This document shows, piece by piece, positions 20,541 through 30,752 of a stretch of DNA of 56,575 nt. Both the position numbers and the translations under genes were made by a program. The first letter of the stretch is position 1, and the number at the start of each line of letters is the position of its first letter. The DNA is from Methanobacteriota archaeon (lineage in GTDB: Archaea > Thermoplasmatota > Poseidoniia > MGIII > CG-Epi1): positions 1 to 56,575 of the forward strand of contig NYZZ01000036.1 in assembly GCA_002687355.1 (NCBI GenBank). The letters are read 5' to 3'. The notes under the pieces are model-generated. The model saw only the letters and a list, made by a program, of their open reading frames with translations, did not search any database and was not told the DNA's origin.

Positions 20541-21530
20541 ATGGTCAAGAGCTACAACTCCAGTAAAAGCAATACCTCGGCCGTCAAGGATGGCGACGGG
20601 GGCGGACCAGATGATATCGACATTGAGGACCCTGCCAAGACCTACAATACCAGCAAGAGCAATACCTCGAGCGAGGCACATGGAGGCGGTGGAGGCGGGC
20701 CGGACGAGACTCAAGGAACGGACTACCATACCACTAGGGACACCAAGAGCGTCAGTGACGGCGACCTTGTTGGCGATGGTGGCGGTCCCGGCGAGCCAGC
20801 GATGACCAAGAATTACAACTCGTCAAAGAGCAACACCTCAAGCATTAGCGTCGAAGACGACCTTGTTGGCGATGGCGGCGGTCCCGGCGAGCCAGCGATG
20901 ACCAAGAATTACAACTCGTCAAAGAGCAACACTTCCAGTGTTAGTCATAGTAGTGGAGATTCAGGAGCGGTTGATCATAACTCAATCCGCTCAAACAAGG
21001 GTATTTCCGGCGGTGGTGGAAGTGGAGGCGGAACTGGCGTAATCGGTTCAACCTTGGGGGTTGCGAAGACTGTCATCATGGTGGCGGTCCTGCTGACGGC
21101 CGCAGGTGTCGGATTCGACCTTTACCAAACCTACAATGATGCTATTGACCTTAATCTGGAAGACCATGTCACAGACGCCGATTTCGCTCTGAACAATGAC
21201 AAGACAGAAATTAACGGCGATATCAGCTTCAATATTCCAGAGATGGGGATGTTCGAGAAGAAAATCCTGGCCAAAGTGCACGTAACGGTGCTGGAATCAA
21301 ATCCCACAACCGATGGTGACTACTCATTCGAATACACCTTAGGGAGCGGCGAACATACCTACAGATTCTCCTTAACCGACCTTGACCCGGTCACCGTAGA
21401 GAAAATTGATGCTGGAGAAGATCTTGAACTGGAATACACTACCAGTATTACGGTAATTTACCTCGGCGTAGAACTAGCGCCTGCGACCACCGACATGCCT
21501 GCCAAGACTGTTACCGTCGAGACTGCCTGA
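20541..21530 (+). CDS. Membrane-anchored protein with six N-terminal YNSSKSN-type repeats
   Basis: ATG 20541; six cassettes; one TM (VIMVAVLLTAAGVGF); acidic beta-rich C-terminal domain. Confidence 0.75.
   Translation: MVKSYNSSKSNTSAVKDGDGGGPDDIDIEDPAKTYNTSKSNTSSEAHGGGGGGPDETQGTDYHTTRDTKSVSDGDLVGDGGGPGEPAMTKNYNSSKSNTSSISVEDDLVGDGGGPGEPAMTKNYNSSKSNTSSVSHSSGDSGAVDHNSIRSNKGISGGGGSGGGTGVIGSTLGVAKTVIMVAVLLTAAGVGFDLYQTYNDAIDLNLEDHVTDADFALNNDKTEINGDISFNIPEMGMFEKKILAKVHVTVLESNPTTDGDYSFEYTLGSGEHTYRFSLTDLDPVTVEKIDAGEDLELEYTTSITVIYLGVELAPATTDMPAKTVTVETA
20762..20932 (+). repeat. Intragenic direct repeat: 2 x 75 bp, 96-bp period, one mismatch
   Basis: CGACCTTGTTGGCGATGG(T/C)GGCGGTCCCGGCGAGCCAGCGATGACCAAGAATTACAACTCGTCAAAGAGCAACAC at 20762-20836 and 20858-20932. 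Confidence 0.95.
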
Positions 21531-21536
21531 CCCTGT

Positions 21537-21830
21537 TCAGTCCTGCGTGAAGAGTTTCCAATCACCCTTACCATCGAGCAAACCGAGGCGCACGCCGGCG
21601 TCTAGCCAGCCGTGCGCGTAGTTCACGGCGGCGAAAGCATCATCACCCCGGCCAGCGGTAAGGAAGTGCTGCGCATCGGAGTGGTAGGCGCGTGCCATCC
21701 CGAGCATATCTTCGGCCTGCGCACGCGCATCGCTGCCGGCTACGGTTGGAATTTCAACCTTCTCCAACGCTTCCGCAGTCAGCGCCAGATAGCGCTCGAT
21801 GCGCTCACGTGAGATGCTGAACTCACCCAC
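21537..21830 (-). CDS. DUF357-like archaeal protein
   Basis: MARAYHSDAQHF...AFAAVNYAHGWLDAGVRLG...LFT. Confidence 0.85.
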   Translation of the reverse strand: MGEFSISRERIERYLALTAEALEKVEIPTVAGSDARAQAEDMLGMARAYHSDAQHFLTAGRGDDAFAAVNYAHGWLDAGVRLGLLDGKGDWKLFTQD

Positions 21831-21883
21831 ATCCTGTCAGCGGCCGACCGCTTAACCTTATCACCCAGTGCTGTTCGGGTGGA

Positions 21884-23074
21884 GTGTTCGCGCCGGTGTG
21901 GACGCTGCAGCAGCTGAGTCAACGGGTCAAGCAGGCGGTCGAAGGTGTCGCCGAGTTTCGTGACATCCGCATCGATGGTGAGGTTATCAAGCCCTTTCAG
22001 GCGGCGTCGGGGCATCTCTATTTCACGCTGACAGACGGACAGAACAGCCTTGCATGCGTCGCATGGGCCAGCAACCAGGCCGGCTTCACTGCGCAACCAC
22101 AGGAAGGGGATCAAGTAATCGCTCGCGGGTCTCTCTCAACTTATGGCGCGAGGTCACAATACCAACTTGATGTGCGAGGTCTACGTCCTTCTGGTGCGGG
22201 TGACCGCGCTGCTGCTATTGAGGCGCTGAAACGAAAGCTGCGCGGTGAGGGCCTTTTCGACGACCTACATAAAAAAGAATTACCTCCATTCCCGCTGCAT
22301 ATTGCTCTGGTAACTGGCGCCGGCTCGGCGGCACTCAACGACGTGCTGAAAGTGGCACGCCAACGCTGGCCGCTGGCGCGTGTCAGTGTCGTTCCGGCGC
22401 TGGTACAAGGTGCTGGCGCGCCCACCGCACTGGTTACGGCACTCAGGCATGCTGATGCCCTTGGCGCAGAGCTGCTGATACTGGCACGTGGCGGTGGCTC
22501 ACCAGAAGACCTGGATGGTTTCAATGCCGAGCCAGTCGTGCGCGCAGTCTTCGGCTGTGCGACGCCAGTTGTGACAGGAGTTGGCCACGAAATAGATACG
22601 ACAGTCGTCGACTTCGTTGCAGACCTGCGCGCGGCAACGCCCAGCAACGCCGCCGAACTAGCGCTACCCGACTGGCGTGAGGTGGACGCACGTTTCGCTG
22701 GCGCACTACAGCAGCTGGCAGCGCTTGCGGGACGGCGAGTCGAGCGCGAGGGGGCAGCGATTGGCGCGCTACAGCACCGACTAATGCTGGCGCATCCGCG
22801 CAAGCGGCTGCGCGAGGGGGTACAGCGGCTCGATACAGCTACGGCGCAACTACAACGCAGTGTCCGCACGCTGCTTGGGGGACAGACTGAACGGCTGTCG
22901 AAAGCCCAAGCACTGCTGGTAGGGCTCGACCCAACGGCTGTGCTGGGACGCGGCTACGCCATCGTGCAGCACAGTGGAGGCGTACTGCGGACGCCTGTAC
23001 CGATTGGCAGCGAAATTGATATTACTCTCAGTAAAGGAGGCATGGAATGTCAAGTAACAAAGACGAGGAACTGA
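21884..23074 (+). CDS. xseA: Exodeoxyribonuclease VII large subunit
   Basis: SGHLYFTL, LRGEGLFD, ARGGGSPEDL..FN, GVGHEIDTTVVDFVADLRAATPS, VLGRGYAIV. Confidence 0.95.
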   Translation: MFAPVWTLQQLSQRVKQAVEGVAEFRDIRIDGEVIKPFQAASGHLYFTLTDGQNSLACVAWASNQAGFTAQPQEGDQVIARGSLSTYGARSQYQLDVRGLRPSGAGDRAAAIEALKRKLRGEGLFDDLHKKELPPFPLHIALVTGAGSAALNDVLKVARQRWPLARVSVVPALVQGAGAPTALVTALRHADALGAELLILARGGGSPEDLDGFNAEPVVRAVFGCATPVVTGVGHEIDTTVVDFVADLRAATPSNAAELALPDWREVDARFAGALQQLAALAGRRVEREGAAIGALQHRLMLAHPRKRLREGVQRLDTATAQLQRSVRTLLGGQTERLSKAQALLVGLDPTAVLGRGYAIVQHSGGVLRTPVPIGSEIDITLSKGGMECQVTKTRN

Positions 23075-23262
23075 ACTTCTCGCAAGCACTGCAGCAACTC
23101 GAAACGCTGCTTGCGCAGCTAGAATCAGGCGAGATTGAGCTGGAAGAGGCAATGGAACTATTCGAGCAGGGCAGTGTCCTCGCCGAGCGCTGCCGCGAAA
23201 TGCTCGCCAACGCAGAGCAACGACTAGAGGAGCTAGCACCGGCGGAACCGGAAGGCGAGTGA
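23047..23262 (+). CDS. xseB: Exodeoxyribonuclease VII small subunit
   Basis: FSQALQQLETLLAQLESGEIELEEAMELFEQG...C...L..AE; follows xseA. Confidence 0.92.
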   Translation: MSSNKDEELNFSQALQQLETLLAQLESGEIELEEAMELFEQGSVLAERCREMLANAEQRLEELAPAEPEGE

Positions 23263-23302
23263 AGGCGAAAGTTTAATCCGGCTGCAGGCTGAGTTGGCTG
23301 CA

Positions 23303-24373
23303 ATGAGGCATGCTAGCTGGCTGTTCACGCTCTGCGCACTGGTGGTGTTCACTGCCGGGACGCAAGGTGAGTTGCAGGGGAGTACACAGCCACTGCACCT
23401 GAACCTGAAAGAAGGTCCGGCGTTTTCTCCCGAGACCGTGGCTAACGTCGAGCAGGAAGCGATCGAGGAGCGGTACTACTCACACACGCAGAACACGCCA
23501 GATCCAATTTCGACCCGCAATAAAGGCGACTGGAAGTCGATGGGGACTTGGGAGAGTGATGCCTCCCTGTACGATGTGACAATCAGCGATGTGGTATTCA
23601 ACCTCTGGTGGGTCGAGGATCCGAATGACGAGAACTACGAAGCCAACCTTGAGCTCAGATGGACCATCTTCCTAGATGGACAGCAAATATTCCAGTACGA
23701 GGACAACGAAGATGACAACAATGGTGACGATTACGAAGACGGGACAGGACCCTGCCCGCAGACACGCGACGATCCTTGTGAATACGCGGAACCACCGACA
23801 GGAACATTTCCCAACACACTTGTTGAGAGAGGTCTAACAATCTCTCTCGAGGTGGAAATGAAATCATTCAGAGCTATCTACATCTACTACGATAACGCCA
23901 GCCGTGACTCAGGAATGAAGGTCGCGGCCGATGCGGTCTTTTTCGGCCGTGGCACGCAGAATAGCGGTGAAGTCGGCTTCGAATACATCGAGGCATGGAA
24001 AACTGATGTCAACGAAATCCTAGAGGGCAATTTCCTAACGCTAACCGTCGATGGGGCAACGCTGGACAACAACGCGCAACCATCGGGCTATCCCCGAGTT
24101 GTGGATGGTGCGGAATACCAACTGAACAACGCTACTGTCAAGGCTGTGATGGTGTTCTGGAAGCTAGAGCAGTACGCCCGTGGCGATGACCCCACGGTCG
24201 GTTTCGCCTACACATCCCGCGCAGACTACGCCCCTGCAATTATGGTAGAGGTCGGAAGCCTCGACCCGATTTCCACAGATGAGGAGTCGAATGAGGGATT
24301 TTTAGGGATACCAGGCTTTGAACTGGTAGTGGCGACACTGGCAATCGCATTGGTGGCACGGCGCAAGCGTTGA
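23303..24373 (+). CDS. Secreted acidic surface protein with PGF-CTERM-like sorting signal
   Basis: Signal peptide; C-terminus GIPGF + TM + RRKR; paralogous to the next gene. Confidence 0.8.
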   Translation: MRHASWLFTLCALVVFTAGTQGELQGSTQPLHLNLKEGPAFSPETVANVEQEAIEERYYSHTQNTPDPISTRNKGDWKSMGTWESDASLYDVTISDVVFNLWWVEDPNDENYEANLELRWTIFLDGQQIFQYEDNEDDNNGDDYEDGTGPCPQTRDDPCEYAEPPTGTFPNTLVERGLTISLEVEMKSFRAIYIYYDNASRDSGMKVAADAVFFGRGTQNSGEVGFEYIEAWKTDVNEILEGNFLTLTVDGATLDNNAQPSGYPRVVDGAEYQLNNATVKAVMVFWKLEQYARGDDPTVGFAYTSRADYAPAIMVEVGSLDPISTDEESNEGFLGIPGFELVVATLAIALVARRKR

Positions 24374-24410
24374 AGCAACCTTAATAACGCGAACCGACTG
24401 GAGCCGCTCC

Positions 24411-25436
24411 TTGCGCTATTTCGTTGTTCCAGTCATGATGTTCGTTGCTGCCCTCCTGCTGGCGCTCCCTGCGAGCGCGGCGGAAATGGAACCCTTCGAG
24501 CCTGAAATAGCACTCACGTTTAACTTGAAGGAAGACGGTGCTACCCTCTCACCCCAGAACAAGCTGCCCGATGAAATGGAGGCCCATTCTACTGGACGAG
24601 CTGAATACAGTCAGCTCCCTGGTTTCCGATACGATCGTGAAGCGACCCAGGTCGGCGAATGGGCAACTGAGGGGGTAGTTTACGATCAATCAATTTCTAT
24701 AGACCAAGCAAATATATGGTGGGAAGGGAAAGACCCGGATTACGAAGCTGATTGTGAATGGACTTTCTACTTCAAGGTGAATGACCAGTCAGTCGAGGAT
24801 ACCGTCGTTGGGTGTCAGAGCAATGGCGATGAACTGGTTGAGGAAACCTATGGGCTTGGCTTTGTCTATGACCTCGTGGCAGGCGACGTTTTCAGTTTCG
24901 AAATATGGTACGAAGGGTGGGAAGATGTCGACATCTACCACGACAATATTACCTATGACACGGGGTTCTTCGTAACCTCATCTCCTCTCGCTTTTTACGA
25001 TGCTAGAGCTAGCGGGAGTGTTGTCGCTATAGAGTTCACCGAGGCGTGGCCGGTTGACTGGAAAGACAATCTGAGGGGCGGCTATGTGATGCTAATGGGT
25101 GCCGACATGTGGATGGCGAATAACGACTATGCCTCAGTCTCGGAAGGCTCCGAGCACGAGACGGCAAATGGCACCATCGTCACCGGCACAGTCATCACAT
25201 GGGAGCAGGTTACCGGAAAAGAGCTGAACGTAATGCTACACTACACCCAATTTGACCATACGGGAATGGGAGGTGGAGGCAACGGTACCAACGGCTCCGC
25301 AAATGATCCGCTAATAACGCTCACAATTGTCTCAGCATCTATTCTTGGCGGCGACGACGACGGTTTACTTGGTCTTCCTGGCTTCCCACTATTTCTGGCT
25401 GTTCCGGCGCTTGCCTGGGCGGCGCGACGCCGCTAA
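24411..25436 (+). CDS. Secreted acidic surface protein with PGF-CTERM-like sorting signal (paralogue)
   Basis: Signal peptide ending ASA; C-terminus GLPGF + TM + RRR. Confidence 0.8.
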   Translation: MRYFVVPVMMFVAALLLALPASAAEMEPFEPEIALTFNLKEDGATLSPQNKLPDEMEAHSTGRAEYSQLPGFRYDREATQVGEWATEGVVYDQSISIDQANIWWEGKDPDYEADCEWTFYFKVNDQSVEDTVVGCQSNGDELVEETYGLGFVYDLVAGDVFSFEIWYEGWEDVDIYHDNITYDTGFFVTSSPLAFYDARASGSVVAIEFTEAWPVDWKDNLRGGYVMLMGADMWMANNDYASVSEGSEHETANGTIVTGTVITWEQVTGKELNVMLHYTQFDHTGMGGGGNGTNGSANDPLITLTIVSASILGGDDDGLLGLPGFPLFLAVPALAWAARRR

Positions 25437-25442
25437 TCTCTT

Positions 25443-26516
25443 TCAGGAAGCCGCACTCAGTTCCATCATGCGCTGAATTGGTGCTGCAGCAGCCTCGATT
25501 ACCTTGGGCGGCAAATCGACCTCCCACTGCTGCAAATCGTCGCCGGCATCGATGGCTTCCAGTATAGGCAGGATTTTCTCGAGCGTGATGCGCGCCATGT
25601 GACTACAACGCACCGAACAAGCGGTCCAGAACTGTACTGTCGGGAATTCTTCCATCAGGTTCGAGGTCAACTCGCACTCGGAGGCGATGAATGCCCGCTC
25701 TAGACTGCCGGCAGCGACGTGCTGCGCGATGTCGTTGCTTATCTGGGTCGTGCTGCCGTAGAAGTCCGCCTCGCGTAATACCTCTGGCCGGCATTCCCAG
25801 TGGACGTATAGACGCCGAGTCGGATGACCCGGCGGGATATCAAAGCCATTGCGAACTGCCCGGATGTCATCGAGCGTAAACTGCTCGTGCACCTCGCAGA
25901 CAGCGCCGTGTCCACCGTTGCCCTGTCCTGGGTAGATAACGCGCTTGTGCCCCTGTAACTCCTCTTCAAGATTCTGCGCAAAAAACAGGTCAGGGACAAA
26001 AATCAGCTCGTCGCCCGGCAGTGCCATAGCAATGTGTGCAGCGTTGGCCGATGTGCAGCAAACATCGCACTCCGCCTTCGCCTCAGCGTAGGAATTGACG
26101 TATATCATAACAGGAACGCCAGGGTGGGCGGCGCGTATTTGCCGCACCTCAGTGGCGCCGAAATTATCAGCAAGCGAGCAGCCCGCCTCCCGGTCGGCAA
26201 TTAGAACCCGCTTTTCAGGGCTGAGAATCTTGGCGGTTTCGGCCATGAAGCGGACTCCGTTGAAGATAATGAACTCCGCTTCGGTTTCTGCGGCGGAGCG
26301 GCTCAGGCCAAGCGAGTCACCCTGCTCAATTTTTTCCGAAAGGCCGTAAACCAGCGGTTCCATGTAGTTATGACCCAGGATAACAACCCCGTGCTGCTGT
26401 TTCAGCTCTAGGATGCGATGCACCGTCGTCGCGTGCAGCTCTACCTCCGCCATAGTAAGCGTGGGATTCTCGCGCGCCACGATAGCGTCCCGGACTTCAT
26501 CGAGCGTCAGTGTCAT
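25443..26516 (-). CDS. nadA: Quinolinate synthase
   Basis: ILGHNYM, GDSL, GVRFMAETAKILSP, AGCSLA, YVNS, CCTSANA, CEVHE, HWEC, CSHM. Confidence 0.93.
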   Translation of the reverse strand: MTLTLDEVRDAIVARENPTLTMAEVELHATTVHRILELKQQHGVVILGHNYMEPLVYGLSEKIEQGDSLGLSRSAAETEAEFIIFNGVRFMAETAKILSPEKRVLIADREAGCSLADNFGATEVRQIRAAHPGVPVMIYVNSYAEAKAECDVCCTSANAAHIAMALPGDELIFVPDLFFAQNLEEELQGHKRVIYPGQGNGGHGAVCEVHEQFTLDDIRAVRNGFDIPPGHPTRRLYVHWECRPEVLREADFYGSTTQISNDIAQHVAAGSLERAFIASECELTSNLMEEFPTVQFWTACSVRCSHMARITLEKILPILEAIDAGDDLQQWEVDLPPKVIEAAAAPIQRMMELSAAS

Positions 26517-26520
26517 GGAT

Positions 26521-26847
26521 TCAAATAGCGAACGAGTCACCGCAGCCGCAAGTTGCTTCCGCCTTGGGGTTATGCAGCATCAGACCTGAGCGGGTCAATC
26601 CGCCTGTAAGTGGGTCGATATAGTCGAGCGTCGCCTCTGCCAGCAACGGCTCCGAGCGGGGATCAACGCTTACTGTCACGCCGTGCACTTGGACTTCGGC
26701 ATCACCCTCAACTGGCTCTGCAGCCAGCTGCAAGTCGTACTGCATACCAGAGCAACCACCGCCGATAACGCGAACACGCAGCCGTGGTGCAGCACCATCG
26801 GCCAGCCGCTGGATATGAGCTGCAGCCTGCTCGGTGACTGTAAGCAT
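26521..26847 (-). CDS. HesB/IscA family Fe-S carrier
   Basis: GGGCSGMQY and CGCGDSF. Confidence 0.9.
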   Translation of the reverse strand: MLTVTEQAAAHIQRLADGAAPRLRVRVIGGGCSGMQYDLQLAAEPVEGDAEVQVHGVTVSVDPRSEPLLAEATLDYIDPLTGGLTRSGLMLHNPKAEATCGCGDSFAI

Positions 26848-26906
26848 CTAGGCCTCTGTATTCAGGTGTAATATAAGCGTGCCGTCACGACCATTAATAA
26901 CAGAAA

Positions 26907-26935
26907 TTTTATATAGGACTGATTTAGTGCAAATT
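26907..26935 (+). promoter_or_regulatory. suf promoter: TATA box overlapping an IscR/Rrf2-like imperfect palindrome
   Basis: TTTTATATA (26907-26915) overlapping ATAGGACT-GATTT-AGTGCAAAT, upstream of the Rrf2 gene. Confidence 0.55.
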
Positions 26936-26956
26936 AACTTCTGTAGGGAGTGCCGT

Positions 26957-27399
26957 GTGATACGAATCAACAAATTGACAGACTACGGTATCGTTATCGC
27001 TGCACGCATCGCCAAAGACGAGCCGGAGCGGCTCCACACTGCGCGCGAAATTGCTGAAGATACACATGTCCCGCAACCGACAGTGACGCGACTGCTGAAG
27101 CAGCTGGCGCGCAGTGGCATCCTTACTTCAACGCGAGGTGCCGCTGGCGGCTACTGCTTGACACAGCCTGCCGAGACCATCTCAGTGGCGCGACTGGTCG
27201 AGGCGCTGGAGGGACCGATTGCGCTGACAGAGTGCTCCAATACTGTCTGCAGCTGCGCCCTAGAAGATGACTGCGCCGTCGAGGCGCCGTGGCAGACCAT
27301 CTCACTCGCCGTGCGGAACGCACTCGAAACGGCAACGCTGGCCGACATGGCGCAGCCGTCGCTCGCGCCGCCACTAGTTCCACTGAAAGGTGTCCAGGC

Positions 27400-27403
<4 letters not shown>
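26957..27403 (+). CDS. SUF-system Fe-S cluster assembly regulator (Rrf2 family)
   Basis: [30 protein letters not shown]...C...C; first gene of the suf operon. Confidence 0.9.
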
Positions 27404-28847
<1,444 letters not shown>

Positions 28848-28848
<1 letters not shown>

Positions 28849-29597
28849 TGCTCGAAATCCGCAACCTGAAAGCTGGCATCGATGGTAAAACTATCCTGAA
28901 AGGGATTGACCTGACCGTCAACGCGGGCGAGGTGCACGCCATTATGGGGCCTAACGGTAGTGGTAAGAGCACGCTGGCACAGATTATTGCGGGACGCGAG
29001 CAATTCGAAGTCAGCAGTGGGTCAGTCAAGTATGACGAGAAAGACCTGCTCGAACTCGCCCCGGAGGAACGCGCCTGCGCCGGCATCTTCATGGCTTTCC
29101 AGTATCCAGTCGAAATTCCTGGCGTTAGCAATAGCTACTTCCTGCGCTCTGCCCTTAATTCGCAACGCCGTGCACGTGGTGAACAGGAGCTAGACGCCTT
29201 CGAATTCCTGACCTTCATCCAAGAACGGATGGCACTGCTCAACCTGCATGAGGAGCTATTGAACCGACCGGTCAATGAGGGCTTCTCGGGCGGTGAGAAA
29301 AAGCGTAATGAAATCTTCCAGATGGCTGTGCTGGAGCCACAACTTGCCGTGCTGGACGAGACCGATTCTGGTCTGGATATCGACGCGCTGCGCGTTGTTG
29401 CCAGCGGCATAAATTCACTACGGAGAGAAGACAATGCCACAATTGTGGTAACGCATTACCAGCGACTGCTCAACTACGTCGTACCCGACTTCGTGCATGT
29501 GCTCGTGGATGGGCGCATCGTGCGCTCAGGCGACCAGCAGCTGGCGCTAGACCTTGAAGAGCATGGCTACGACCATATTATTGCACAGGCGGCATAG
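28848..29597 (+). CDS. sufC: Fe-S cluster assembly ATPase SufC
   Basis: GPNGSGKST, FQYPVEIPGV, GFSGGEKKRNE, LDETDSGLDIDAL, THYQRLL. Confidence 0.97.
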
Positions 29598-30752
29598 ATG
29601 GACTGGAAAGCACTGCTCGCATCTGCCGATGGTCCACCAGAGCTAGCGGCACTGCGCACTGCCGCCAGCGCACATTTCCTGGATCGAGGGTTGCCGTCAA
29701 CGCGCGACGAGCGCTGGCGATACACCGACACCAATTTCCTGACGCAGCAGGAACTGGAACTGCTGCGACCAGTAATCAAAGCCGATGCACCGGCTGGTGT
29801 GCGCGTACGGCCGCTGGAAGAAGCGGCCGACGCAGCAGTACCATTACTCGCTGCCGAGGCGGATATGACACATCCATTTCGGTTGCTCAATACGGCACTG
29901 CTACGCGACGGGCTGCTGGTCGAAGTCGAGGACAACGCAAAGCCTGAGAGGGAATTGCTGCTGACAATTACAACAACCTCTGGTCTAGCGGTGCCACGAC
30001 TGCTAGTTGTTGTTGGCGAAAACACGCAGCTGACGCTGGTCGAGCGCTACCGCACCGATGGCGGGACCTGCCTACCAGTAACGCAGTTTTCGGTCGGAAG
30101 CGGCAGTCGCGTAGAGCACCTGCGCATCCACCATGGTTCCAACGATGTCCACATCGGCTGCGTTGAGGTACGGCAGCAGCGCGACTCGCTCGTCACAAAT
30201 CACCTGCTTACCTTTGGTGGGCGACTGGTGCGCAACGATCTCCAGTTTCACTTGCTTGGTAGCGGCGCCGAGGCGCGACTAAACGGACTCTACCTGGCCG
30301 ACGGTGAGCAGCACGTCGATAACCACACTACCATCGAGCATGCAGTGCCACACTGCGATAGCCGCGAAACCTACCGTGGTATCCTCGGCGGCAAGGCGAG
30401 TGCGGTGTTCAACGGTCGCGTGCATGTGCATCCTGACGCGCAGCGCACCGACGCACAGCAATCAAACCAGAACCTGTTACTGACCGATGACGCGATTATC
30501 CATACCAAACCTGAGTTGGAAATCTATGCCGACGACGTCAAGTGCACTCACGGCGCGACCGTTGGCCAGCTTGACCGTGAAGCGCTATTCTACCTGCGGT
30601 CACGCGGCCTCGCTTATGATGAGGCACGACGGATGCTAGTTGACTCGTTTGCCGCCGAAATCGTACGGCGTATCACCGATGAATCTCTGCGCGACGAACT
30701 GGCGGAAACGGTCATTGCGCGACTACCAGGGATGTTGGCGGAGGCTGCGTGA
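29598..30752 (+). CDS. sufD: Fe-S cluster assembly protein SufD
   Basis: ERWRYT, VFNGRV, KPELEIYADDVKCTHGATVG, FYLRSRG. Confidence 0.95.
   Translation: MDWKALLASADGPPELAALRTAASAHFLDRGLPSTRDERWRYTDTNFLTQQELELLRPVIKADAPAGVRVRPLEEAADAAVPLLAAEADMTHPFRLLNTALLRDGLLVEVEDNAKPERELLLTITTTSGLAVPRLLVVVGENTQLTLVERYRTDGGTCLPVTQFSVGSGSRVEHLRIHHGSNDVHIGCVEVRQQRDSLVTNHLLTFGGRLVRNDLQFHLLGSGAEARLNGLYLADGEQHVDNHTTIEHAVPHCDSRETYRGILGGKASAVFNGRVHVHPDAQRTDAQQSNQNLLLTDDAIIHTKPELEIYADDVKCTHGATVGQLDREALFYLRSRGLAYDEARRMLVDSFAAEIVRRITDESLRDELAETVIARLPGMLAEAA

Noticed and set aside
20762..20932. Direct repeat as a possible CRISPR array or att site
   Set aside because: Only two 75-bp copies, in frame within a CDS (96-bp period), and no cas or integrase genes nearby.
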